64,000 bases of DNA from an uncultured virus (IMG/VR IMGVR_UViG_2061766007_000865) (lineage: Duplodnaviria; Heunggongvirae; Uroviricota; Caudoviricetes), in the IMG/VR virus record IMGVR_UViG_2061766007_000865; one strand, given 5' to 3'. This document shows positions 1 through 10,167 of the stretch, in pieces. Made by a program: the position numbers and the translations under genes. Positions within the stretch are counted from its first letter, which is position 1. Each line of letters begins with the position of its first letter. The notes beneath the pieces are model-generated. The model ran no database searches. It was given only the letters and a program-made list of their open reading frames with translations, and was not told where the DNA came from.

Positions 1-1903
1 TTGTGCAAGCTCTGGAGACCATGTTGCACGAAGCTTTCTCTCCTCAACTGAAACAGTTACTGAATCAAGCTTGAAGCTAACCTCACCAATCTCAGTCTCA
101 AGCTCAAGTGAATCGTACTGTGCCCAAGCAATCTTGAACAACTTAGCCATATTCTTCTTTGTCTTCTCATAATCGATAGTGCTACCACTCTTAACGATAG
201 CTGCATCAAGAGCTTTTGCATCAACACCAACATAACCATCGATTGTACCTGCTTGCTGAACTACTGGTTTAGCCAAATCCAACTCGATATACATCTTACC
301 CTCTGCATCGCAAGCTGCACCGTATTCTACGATACCCTTACCATACTTCTGAGTAACAACTCTGAAAGGAACAGACTCAAACTTTCTGAAAGCTGCGGTC
401 TTAACGGTCTCTGAACCAGGAACGTTAGCTGCTGCAATTTCCTTCTGAGTAATAACCTTCAATGAAGCAAGGAAACCTTCGGTATCCATTTCGTTACCAT
501 CAGGACCAGTCAACTTACTTGCGTTGAATGAAGAGAAACCATCAATCTCAAGGATGACGTTACGAACAGTTCCGTCAAATCCACTCTTGAAGTACTGGTT
601 CAAGTTGTCGCCACCGAAAGGACGAATACCACCAGGGGTCAAGAATACTGGAATAGCCTCACCAACCTTGATAGTTACCTTACCCTTTGAGTTGTCATAC
701 AAGAAGTCNNNNNNNNNNTGGAACAGACTCGAACTTACGGAAAGCTGCTGTCTTAACATTCCCTGAACCAGGAACGTCAGCTGCTGCAAGCTCCTTCTGA
801 GTGATAACCTTCAAAGATGCAAGGAATGCTTCAGTGTCCATCTCGTTACCATCAGGACCAGTCAACTTACTTGCATTGAATGAAGAGAAACCATCAATCT
901 CAAGGATGACGTTACGTACAGTACCATCGAATCCACTCTTGAAGTACTGATTCAAGTTGTCAGCACCGAATGGGCGAACACCACCAGGGGTCAAGAATAC
1001 TGGGATTGCATTACCAACCTTGATAGTTACTTTACCCTTTGAGTTGTCATACAAGAAGTCGTTGTAGAACAAGTCATACAANNNNNNNNNNATTGTAGAA
1101 CAAGTCATACAAACTCTTCTGGAAGTACTGAGTAACCTCTGGACCTACCTTACGGATAGCAGTTGGATTAAGACCTGCTGCCTCTGCTGCTTCCTTAGCT
1201 GCCTCGAATGTGCCATAAGTAGTTTCCTCGCTAAGAACTGGGATGTACCATGCATTCTGAAGGTCATTGATTGTCTCATCTGGGAGGTAGTAACGTGGCT
1301 CAACACGACCTTCCTTGTTACGGTTTACACGGTCATAGCCCATAAGACCTTTATGACGACCAGTTGTTCCGTCTACGATATCACCAGGCTCTGTATCGCC
1401 AGTAGCTTCTGCTGGAAGTTCCCACTCTCTCTCTGAAGTAACAGGAAGGATGAANNNNNNNNNNTAACTCTGTCATAGCCCATAAGACCCTTATGACGAC
1501 CAGTTGTGCCATCGATGATGTCACCAGGTGTTGCACCAGTTGCTTCTGCTGGAAGTTCCCACTCTCTCTCTGAAGTAACAGGAAGGATGAAGAACAACTT
1601 ACCAACTGGAAGGTTCATAGCCTGAACTGATACGATGTCATTAGCAAGAAGCTTGCTGAATACACGTCTAATAATTGGGAAAACAACGGTTTCGAATGAA
1701 CCACTGTTATCAGAAGCAGTAGCCTCGTAAATCAAGTGCTTTGCCTCGTTCTCATACAGTGTAGCAACATTCTCTTTGATACCCTCTGGAAGACCCTCAG
1801 TGAATCCGAGCTGGTCCCAACGGTTCTGAATGCTCTCACGTATCTGTTTCTGTGCGTTGTACTCAATGTTTCCAACTACACCACTTGATAAAAATTCTTT
1901 CAT
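1..1903 (-). CDS. Major capsid protein (T4 gp23-like), 3'-truncated by window edge and broken into overlapping strain-variant pieces at N gaps
   Basis: N-terminal motifs 'VATLYENEA', 'FPIIRRVFSKLLANDIVSVQAMNLPVGKLFF' and, near the window start, the minus-strand 'EIGEVSFKLDSVTVSVEERKLRATWSPELAQ', all typical of gp23-like capsids. Segments repeat on either side of 10-N gaps. Confidence 0.93.
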
Positions 1904-1941
1904 ATAAGCTAATTTTTTATTTAGACTTGTTATTTTTTTTA

Positions 1942-1949
1942 ATAAATAT
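1942..1949 (-). promoter_or_regulatory. Candidate phage late promoter motif ATATTTAT upstream of MCP (representative of ~12 copies)
   Basis: The same coding-strand motif precedes portal, the terminase region, and other structural or cargo genes. Confidence 0.55.
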
Positions 1950-1973
1950 ACACGAATTCTGAAAAAGGTTTAA

Positions 1974-3834
1974 TTATTTCATCATTCTGTGCATAAGGTC
2001 GAGAGAATCCAACATGTCTTGTGACTTGTAGATTGGAGTCTCGTTGATTTTCTTTGAGCTTTCAACTGTAAGGTTCTTGTCCTCAGTGATGCTCATCTTG
2101 TTGGATTTCTGAAGCTCACGGCTAATTGACTCATAGAGTGCTTGAGAAGCTTCGATGGTCTTACCCTCATTCTTGAATCTGTTGATAATCTCCTTCTTCT
2201 CATCCTTAGAAGTCGTGTTCTCTGAAATCAATTTAATAATCTGTGCAAGATTGTGATTAGTTACAGATACCTTCTTCAACTGCTCCATAAGGTCGGTCAA
2301 CGTTGACTTGAGTTCCTTGTTCTCTTCAAGAGCTGCATTTGCTCTCTTCATGAAGCTCTCATTAGTTGGATTGCCCTCATACTCACCTGCGGTTGAAACA
2401 TGATGCTGGTTCATTGGAGAATTCTTCTTTGCCTTAATAGGGTTATGAGACTTTGTTCCCATCATTCTTCCATGAGCACCCATTCTGCCTCCGCATTCAG
2501 CAGCAGACTCCTCAAGGTTCTCTTCCTCTTCGATTTGCTTGCCTTTCTCAGCATTGAATGGTTTATCTGCCTTATTTTTCTTACTTGGGTAGCCAGACCA
2601 AGGTTTCTCTGTGCCCTTTGGTACACCTGCATCCCAATCGTTTACATTTTTGCCTGGCTCTGACATACCTGGATTGGTCATCACATCCTTCTTCTGATAA
2701 TTGTCAGTGTAGCCTACATTTGAGTCGTACTCTAGTACCAACTCAAACATCTTCTCTGTTGATTCATTCATGTCATTCATATTATTTTCAAAATCATCTT
2801 CTGCACTGTCATCAGTAATCACTTCATCGCCACTTGGCTCAGATGGTGCAACACTAGCTGCCTCACCGTTGTCACCAAGGTTGATTAGGTACTCAGCTCC
2901 AGTCTCATTGTCTTGAATGTTGACGTTTCCGTTGTCATCCTTATGTACAAGGATTTGGTCATCATTCTTCATTAATTTGTAAACCTTTACGATTTCCTCG
3001 TCTTCCGCATTTGTAAAGTCATACTCATCGTCTGATACCTTATACTTGTCAAACTCAGCCCACTCATCGCCTTCTTCGCCATCAACAGCTTCGCCCTCAG
3101 TGGCATCACCTTCAGCAGCACCATCAATAACTGACTCACCGCCTTCAAGCTCTTCACCTTCTACGTCACCGTCAGCAGCATCCATACCTGCGTCTGCNNN
3201 NNNNNNNAACGTGATGCTGGTTCATTGGAGAGTTCTTCTTAGCCTTCTGAGGATTATGAGACTTAGTACCCATCATTCTACCATGAGCACCCATTCTGCC
3301 TCCGCACTCAGCAGCAGACTCCTCAAGATTCTCTTCCTCTTCAAGTTGCTTGCCCTTACCAGCGTTGAATGGCTTATCTGCCTTATTTTTCTTACTTGGG
3401 TATCCAGACCAAGGCTTACTGTCGCCCTTTGGTACACCTGCATCCCAATCGTTTACATTTTTACCTGGCTCTGACATACCTGGATTTGTCATTACATCCT
3501 TCTTCTGATAATTGTCAGTGTAGCCTACATTTGAGTCGTACTCAAGTACAAGCTCAAACATTCTTTCTGTTGATTCATTCATATCATCCATGTCATTATT
3601 AAAATCATCTTCTGCACCGAAATCATCAGCACCTTCATCATCAGTGAGCATTTCATCATCACTTGGCTCAGATGCTGCAACACCAGTTGCTTCGCCACTG
3701 TCGCCAAGGTTAATTAAGTACTCAGCTCCAGTTTCATTGTCTTGAATGTTTACGTTACCATTATCGTCCTTATGAACGAGAATCTGGTCATCATTCTTCA
3801 TTAATTTGTAAACCTTTACGATTTCCTCGTCTTC
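1974..3834 (-). CDS. Acidic prohead core/scaffolding protein (partial; two strain-variant copies of the same segment, 1974-3197 and 3208-3834)
   Basis: Directly upstream of MCP, highly acidic, C-terminal coiled coil ('NHNLAQIIKLISENTTSKDEKKEIINRF'), multiple xNE/xTE sites. Confidence 0.75.
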
Positions 3835-3845
3835 NNNNNNNNNNC

Positions 3846-4466
3846 TTTGGCAACAATAAACAGTTAAAGGAAGATATTGAAACACAAGGTTGGCATGTTC
3901 CAAAACCATTTGTTGTGGATGCAGTCTTCCAAAAATACAATATTAAGAACGCTAACGGTAGAATATATCCAGAAGAAGTATTAAAGAAACAAGTTGAATT
4001 ATATCAACAGAAAATAGATGATAAAAGGGCGTTATCAGAATTAAATCATCCAAGTGAGAGTACAATTGACCTTGGAAGAATATCACATAATATCATTGAA
4101 CTACACTGGGTTGGTCAAACACTTGTTGGAAAGATGCAATTAAATGTTACTGAGGGTTTTAGAAGATATGGAATAGTATCTACTTGTGGAGACCATGCAG
4201 CACAATTGCTTCTACAAGGATGGAAGATTGGAGTGTCTTCAAGGGGAGTAGGGTCAGTTGAACAGCGCCTAGGACAATATATAGTTGGGGATGATTTCGA
4301 GCTTATCTGTTTTGACATTGTGTCAGACCCATCGACAAATAATGCATTTATTACTACAGATGGAGAAATTGGTCTACAACCATATATTGAAAATAACGAA
4401 ACAAATAATTTAAAACCTTCGATAAACGAAAAGATTTCAAGAATTAAACAAGTACTTTCCTCATAA
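3846..4466 (+). CDS. Prohead maturation protease (T4 gp21-like), 5' end lost in gap
   Basis: 'KNANGRIYP', 'ELNHP', 'ISHNI', 'IGVSSRGVGS', 'FDIVSDPS' motifs. The frame stays open upstream of the GTG at 3915 to the gap. Confidence 0.93.
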   Translation, partial: FGNNKQLKEDIETQGWHVPKPFVVDAVFQKYNIKNANGRIYPEEVLKKQVELYQQKIDDKRALSELNHPSESTIDLGRISHNIIELHWVGQTLVGKMQLNVTEGFRRYGIVSTCGDHAAQLLLQGWKIGVSSRGVGSVEQRLGQYIVGDDFELICFDIVSDPSTNNAFITTDGEIGLQPYIENNETNNLKPSINEKISRIKQVLSS

Positions 4467-4470
4467 GGTA

Positions 4471-4502
4471 CTTGTTTTTTTAATATTTTTTCCATATCTT
4501 TG
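4471..4502 (+). promoter_or_regulatory. Bacteroidota-type sigmaA promoter driving the endonuclease gene
   Basis: CTTG(4471)-N20-TATCTTTG(4495-4502). Confidence 0.7.
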
Positions 4503-4507
4503 CATAT

Positions 4508-5716
4508 ATGAAGACAACTGAAGAATTTAGAGAAGAACTGTATTCAAAATTTGGAAATAGATTAATAGTTCCAGAGGATGCTGTATATCTAGGCAGCAAA
4601 AAGAATATAAAGGTTATTTGTCCTAAACATGGAGAAAAATGGATGAGGCCAAATAATCTTTTAAATGGCTCACAATGTAGAGATTGCGGCTATGAGATTG
4701 TTTCTAAAAAGAACAGTGATACTCCACAAGAGTTTTTAGAAAAAGCACATAAAATACATGGTTGCAACTATGAATACCCATTTATACACGATGAATATGG
4801 AAAAGTTGAAAAGATACACATTTTATGTAAGAAATGCGGAAGGATATTTGAACAACGTCCAGCATTGCATATTTTTGGACATGGGTGTTCATTTTGTTAT
4901 CCGTTTGGAACAAGGTATACAACAGAAACATTAAAAGAAAAAATAAAGGACAAACACCCAACAATTGAATTACTTAGTGAACATAATGGAGATAATGATT
5001 CAAAAATTACTGTAAAGTGTATTAAACACAATATTACTTGGGAAACTACACCACACCGCCTATCACAGCAAAAGCATGCTTGTAAAGAATGTTATAAAGA
5101 AGATAGAATTAATAAGATAAGAGAATATCAATCTAAAAAATTCCAAGAATTTATAAATGAGCACTATGCACCATTATATGATATTTCTAATGTTAAATAC
5201 ATCAACACTAGCACTAATGTCAAACTAATTTGCCCAATTCACGGAGAATTTTCACTACCGCCACACAAAATGTTATCTAGGCTTGATGGTTGTCCGTATT
5301 GTAAAGAGAGCCATTTAGAGCGAGAAACAAGGCTAGTTCTTGATAAACTAGGACTTAAATATGAAAGAGAAAAAACATTTGATTGGCTCAAATACAAGAG
5401 CAACATGTTCTTAGACTTTTACATGCCAAAATACAACATAGCAATCGAATGCCAAGGTATACAACATATAGATGGAAGAAATGGCACAATTATGACAAAG
5501 AAACAAACTTTTGGCGAAAGAGCTGAAATGGATAAGCTAAAGTATAAATTATGCCTTGAAAATAATATTCCAATAATATACATTTTCAATAAAGATAAAT
5601 CTTCGAAAAGACTTAATGAACAATTTGAACATATTTATGACGATGCAATATTTATTGAAGATATTAATAATGATAACAATATTTTATTAAAAGCAATAAA
5701 TGAAAAAAGTGATTAG
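4508..5716 (+). CDS. Free-standing homing endonuclease (repeated CPxHG..CxxC zinc-ribbon units plus C-terminal Vsr/DUF559-like nuclease)
   Basis: Repeated 'ICPKHGE..P..L..G..C..C' units; C-terminal 'LDFYMPKYNIAIECQGIQH...DKLKYKLC'. Confidence 0.8.
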   Translation: MKTTEEFREELYSKFGNRLIVPEDAVYLGSKKNIKVICPKHGEKWMRPNNLLNGSQCRDCGYEIVSKKNSDTPQEFLEKAHKIHGCNYEYPFIHDEYGKVEKIHILCKKCGRIFEQRPALHIFGHGCSFCYPFGTRYTTETLKEKIKDKHPTIELLSEHNGDNDSKITVKCIKHNITWETTPHRLSQQKHACKECYKEDRINKIREYQSKKFQEFINEHYAPLYDISNVKYINTSTNVKLICPIHGEFSLPPHKMLSRLDGCPYCKESHLERETRLVLDKLGLKYEREKTFDWLKYKSNMFLDFYMPKYNIAIECQGIQHIDGRNGTIMTKKQTFGERAEMDKLKYKLCLENNIPIIYIFNKDKSSKRLNEQFEHIYDDAIFIEDINNDNNILLKAINEKSD

Positions 5717-6098
5717 ATTAACCGAAAGCGATTTGCATGGTCTGATAAATGAATCGGTAACTAGAATTATAAACGAGATTGGTGTTTATCCAAACGGACA
5801 AACTGACCTATTCTTCGACCAAGACCAAGTTGACGAATATCGTTCATCTGCAAATGGTAGGGCAATTGAAGCCCTCTTGAGGGCTGAGAGAGAATGTGGA
5901 TGGAGACACATGAATTCAAAGGATATGGGACGTTATACAGAGTATATATGCTATCCAATGAGTGACTACACATCAAAAGACAGACAAACATTCATGGAGA
6001 GAATCAAGGCATATGCTCCAGTAAAAGACAAAATAGAATTCATCTGCTTGAGAAACACATACATCAAGAGCTTTACAGTAAGAATTAAGAATATTTAA
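5700..6098 (+). CDS. Putative internal head protein with RLTES leader
   Basis: N-terminus MKKVIRLTESDLHGLINESVTRIINE, shared with other late genes. Confidence 0.6.
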   Translation: MKKVIRLTESDLHGLINESVTRIINEIGVYPNGQTDLFFDQDQVDEYRSSANGRAIEALLRAERECGWRHMNSKDMGRYTEYICYPMSDYTSKDRQTFMERIKAYAPVKDKIEFICLRNTYIKSFTVRIKNI

Positions 6099-6101
6099 AA
6101 T

Positions 6102-6140
6102 AAAAAAAGCGAGACTAAATTAATAGTCTCGCTTATTTAT
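6102..6140. terminator. Bidirectional intrinsic terminator between convergent genes
   Basis: aagcgagacta-aattaa-tagtctcgctt hairpin flanked by A and T runs. Confidence 0.75.
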
Positions 6141-6143
6141 TTC

Positions 6144-6473
6144 TTATCCCATTGGTGGGAAGTCATCATAGTTGGCTTTATCATCTATTCTGTCTTCTGC
6201 CCATTCATCCTCGTTGCCATTGACTATATCGTCTTGATTGATATCATCATGTGTTTGGTCAAGAGGTTCTCCAGTTATACCAAAGTCATGGTCATTTGTC
6301 ATACCGTCAAATGGGGATGATTGTTTCTCACCTTCGAAAGGTTCATAGTTATTCAATACGCTGTCATTCTCATGCCAATCGTTTCCTAGCACGTCTTCCC
6401 TTAATATCCTATTAACAGAATTCCTTATAATCGATTTCAGTTCTGATTCAGTCAGTCTTAGTATTTTTTTCAT
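6144..6473 (-). CDS. Putative internal head protein with RLTES leader, acidic cargo
   Basis: MKKILRLTESELKSIIRNSVNRILRE; preceded by the ATATTTAT motif (6493-6500). Confidence 0.6.
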   Translation of the reverse strand: MKKILRLTESELKSIIRNSVNRILREDVLGNDWHENDSVLNNYEPFEGEKQSSPFDGMTNDHDFGITGEPLDQTHDDINQDDIVNGNEDEWAEDRIDDKANYDDFPPMG

Positions 6474-6510
6474 AATGTTTGATATTTTTATAATAAATAT
6501 CATTAATGTT

Positions 6511-6945
6511 TCATTTCTTTTTGTCTATTGTGAAATCATTCTCCTTAAAGGAATACACTAGGTTATTGGCAATAGTACTAACCTTCCTCTTAAGCAAGTC
6601 ATTCAAGTCTTGTAGCTGTTTCTTATTCTTCTCGTTCTGACGCAAATAGAAGTCGAATGAGAGGAATTTCTTCTCCCTAGGGGCAAGTCCTTCAGTGGTA
6701 ATGTCAAAGTCCAATATAAAGCGATTATCGAAGTTTATCCCATCGATTAGGAATGACTTTATATTCTTCTTCATCTTCTTTTCAATATCATCGATAACAT
6801 TACCATAGTTCATTTCCCTTTGGGGTGATACCCAACATTTCCCACTCACATATACGACTCGTGGGTTATCCTTATTAACTGTACCATACTTTAGTGAAAT
6901 ATGGTTGCACACATCCAATTTATACTCCTTGTTTAGCCTTTTCAT
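6511..6945 (-). CDS. Hypothetical phage protein in head module
   Basis: Intact 144-aa ORF. Confidence 0.6.
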   Translation of the reverse strand: MKRLNKEYKLDVCNHISLKYGTVNKDNPRVVYVSGKCWVSPQREMNYGNVIDDIEKKMKKNIKSFLIDGINFDNRFILDFDITTEGLAPREKKFLSFDFYLRQNEKNKKQLQDLNDLLKRKVSTIANNLVYSFKENDFTIDKKK

Positions 6946-7093
6946 TTGTTATATCTTTTATATATAAAATATAACAATTTCTTTATAAAAAATCAAGACC
7001 CAAGGACAAAAAAAAAAGCAACCATTTCTGATTGCTTTATGCATTGTTTCTAGAACGCCAAATCTATATTTGGGTNNNNNNNNNNNNNNNNNN

Positions 7094-8836
7094 CACTCTG
7101 TTCTCCCCCCAATTATTGAACCTAGAATAGGCATCCTTTACGCACACCTTTTCTTTAGGGTATTTGAAGTCGTATGGTATCATGATACCGTGTGGGTCTT
7201 CTCCCTTCTTTGATAGGCGAATGGTCTTACCGCTTGTAACATCATATACATAAGGTTGTGTAGCTTCATCTAAGAAACTGAACTTGGAATCAACTGTAAC
7301 CACATCAACCACTGGCTCTGCATTCTCACTAACAGTATTGATATATCCGCCATTAAGACCAAATAATGTATGTACTTCAACATGTCCTTTGATTACATTG
7401 CCATTGATACCCATAATTTTCAATTCGTCGTTAGCGCCACAAGCAACCAACGTGTACTCAACTTGTGTAGTATTAAGTCTTCTAGCCTTGATAACGACAT
7501 CATTCATGTCATAGTCACCAAGTTCTGTATCCTCAAAGCAGAATGTATAGAAATTACTTTCAATATCAGGAATATTGATAATTGGTCTCACACCTCCCTC
7601 GACCTCGATGATAATGTCATTGAAGTCGTTGTCAGTACCAGATTCACAACAAAGGAGCATGCGGTCATTAACGGTAATCCAACCCATTCTTGGTCCATCA
7701 GTTCCAAGTTTTGAACCCTTGAAGTTACATTCACTGTAATTGTTAATCTCATTATTCAAACGTCCATCACCATACAACTCACCTTGTTTTCTTGGTTTTC
7801 CATTCTCCTTGAATTCTGTCTTGGCACGAATCATGAATCCAATCTTATATCCCTCTGGAAATACATAGCTTCCAACTGTACCGATTGTAGGAGTTCCTTC
7901 ACCCCAATAGATAAGCGTATAGGCATTACGCTTGCTGATTACGTCATCTTCAGTTTCTCCAAAGTGTGTGTTGAAAGATAATGCCTTGTACTTTGGCAAA
8001 CTGTTAAGGAATGTCTTAGGGTCTTTTCCTTCCATGTCAGACTCTTTATAGTAATAGTAATAGAAATCTGAATTCCAAATCTCATTACCATACTGTTTAG
8101 CCTTATCACTCTTATAGACTGGTGAGATTACAATTGGTTCAGTACCAGTTGTGAATGGATACATGTTGTCATTATATAATCCACTTTCCTTGATTAATGG
8201 AAGATTATTATATTGTTTGCCATTCTTGAAATAAGAGAAAATAATGGCTCTGAAGACAGTCTTGTATTCGTCTGAGTAATCTGCCGCTGCCATTTGTTGA
8301 CTAGCATAGTCTGACATTTCGTAAAGCACTTGTCCAGGTATCCAACCCCTTTGGCTTGCATAAGATTCCACTGTACCACCTATTGTAGGGACTACATTAG
8401 GAATGGCATAGTCGGTTGCAGTGTTTCTTGTCATTGCCTTTCCATTATAATCAAATGGACTGCTAGTAATCTTCTTAACAGTGTATGACCCATTTGAAGT
8501 GAATGATGCATACATACCAAGATTATCACTAGGCACGTCATAAGCAAGTGTGATAGAGGATTTACCATTGGTATATCCCTCGTTAAGAATTAACAAAGAG
8601 GTCGTAGTATCGCTCTCTGCAATATAAGTCATAAGTTGAACTTTATCAACACTAGAAGGAATACCATTGATGGTTAGTTCACCAGAAGATGTTGTACACC
8701 AATCATGCTCTGCATCGAATGTAGTGCCAAATACAAGCTGTACATTCTCTTTAATCTGTTCCTTAGTCACCTCATCATAACTTGGCATTTCATGCTTCAT
8801 GCAACAAGTTAACATTAAGGTACTTAACATTAAATA
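7094..8836 (-). CDS. LruC/DUF4842-like lipoprotein (Bacteroidota-type), ends lost in gaps
   Basis: Hydrophobic stretch then Cys ('LMLSTLMLTCCMKHE'); motifs 'ESGTDNDFNDIII', 'FCFEDTELGDYDMNDVVI', 'PHGIMIPYDFKYPKE...AYSRFNNW'. Confidence 0.7.
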
Positions 8837-8968
8837 ANNNNNNNNNNNNNNNNNNNNNNNNNNNNNNNNNNNNNNNNNNNNNNNNNNNNNNNNNNNNNNN
8901 NNNNNNNNNNNNNNNNNNNNNNNNNNNNNNNNNNNNNNNNNNNNNNNNNNNNNNNNNNNNNNNNNNNN

Positions 8969-9148
8969 GTAAACGTTTTTTGTTAGACCTTTATCTATCA
9001 TTCTTCCGTATACACCCTTCAAGGATTCCTCACAAGCATGTAATGTTTGCAAATCATCGCCCCAATAAGAATGTTCTTTAATCATGCACTTACTATTTAG
9101 ATAATTATTTATGACTTCTCTTATAATGTCCCTCATAACATTAATCAT
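8969..9148 (-). CDS. Small hypothetical protein (3' end in gap)
   Basis: MRDIIREVINNYLNSKCMIKE-like leader; joined to the lipoprotein only through Ns in the ORF track. Confidence 0.45.
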
Positions 9149-10076
9149 CCATTAGAATATCTCTTATTTCGAGCAACTTTGCAATGTCCTTAACAATTGC
9201 ATCCTTGTTGAAGCTCATTTCCTTAATCTGACTACTTAGTCCCTTAAGCTCAGTATTTTCTGTATCCTCCTTCAACATTTCGTCAATTTTATTGATACAT
9301 TCATTCTTGAGCTTGTTGAATAGTTTCTCCTTCCTCTGTTCTGCAATTGGAGTTCTGAAGTCGGTAATCTGCTGGACAAATGAAATCTCAGATTCGTTGA
9401 GGTTGTCCTTAAGCTTCTCCTCAAATTCCCTAATCAGCTCATCTGGAGTCTTGCCCTCGTTAATCTTGTCTGACTTGTGGGCATCCATCCACTTGCAAAC
9501 AGCATCATAGCTTTCAACAAGAGGAATCATGTTATTCGTATTTCTCTTGCTCGTAAGAATCACATTACCGCTTTCATACAGTTTCCTTGATTCACCATCA
9601 ACAAAATCACTCGGCTTAACACCACTCTCAAGCATAACATCTCTAAGTTTCTTGTTTGAAGCCTTGATGGTCTTAAGGTTGATGTCCTCGCAAACAATCT
9701 TCGCAAGATGTTCAAGAGCGTCCTTGGATGAAATCATGTTTGCGTGATTCTCATTGTACTGCTTCTTGATTACGTTATAGAAATTAAACTGGCTTATAAG
9801 GTTCTTGTCCTCCTTAATGGTCTTAATAACGTTCCTTACAGCCTTTTTATTTGTCTTGATGAGAGACGGAAGCTCATTCTCGAAGATATGATTCAAGATG
9901 CCGAAATTGGTTGTGTCCATTTCGTTCATAAGTTCTTTCTCATGCTTGCTCTCTTCAATAGTCTCATCAAGCATGTCCTTAACATATTCATATGCCTTGT
10001 AGTCACCCTTCTGCAATGCCTCAGACATTATGTTAACATAGTTTGAAAACTCCTCTTGATATTTATTATTTTCCAT
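9141..10076 (-). CDS. Hypothetical helical head-module protein
   Basis: 311-aa ORF downstream of portal with its own ATATTTAT motif (10113-10120). Confidence 0.65.
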   Translation of the reverse strand: MENNKYQEEFSNYVNIMSEALQKGDYKAYEYVKDMLDETIEESKHEKELMNEMDTTNFGILNHIFENELPSLIKTNKKAVRNVIKTIKEDKNLISQFNFYNVIKKQYNENHANMISSKDALEHLAKIVCEDINLKTIKASNKKLRDVMLESGVKPSDFVDGESRKLYESGNVILTSKRNTNNMIPLVESYDAVCKWMDAHKSDKINEGKTPDELIREFEEKLKDNLNESEISFVQQITDFRTPIAEQRKEKLFNKLKNECINKIDEMLKEDTENTELKGLSSQIKEMSFNKDAIVKDIAKLLEIRDILMDD

Positions 10077-10167
10077 ATTTATATCGTTTTCTTTTATTAT
10101 ACATTATTTCCTATAAATATCACATTAAACAGAAAAAGCGTGACAAATATCTGCCACGCCTTCCATA

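Noticed and set aside
360..1590. Apparent tandem duplications or multiple capsid genes
   Set aside because: The repeated segments abut 10-N gaps and differ by scattered substitutions. This is best explained by scaffolding of co-occurring strain variants.
2390..3834. Two scaffold-protein paralogs
   Set aside because: The same region occurs twice around a 10-N gap; strain-variant overlap rather than true duplication.
7064..9148. Single 694-aa ORF from the track
   Set aside because: It is joined only through a long N run; the two sides look like unrelated genes.
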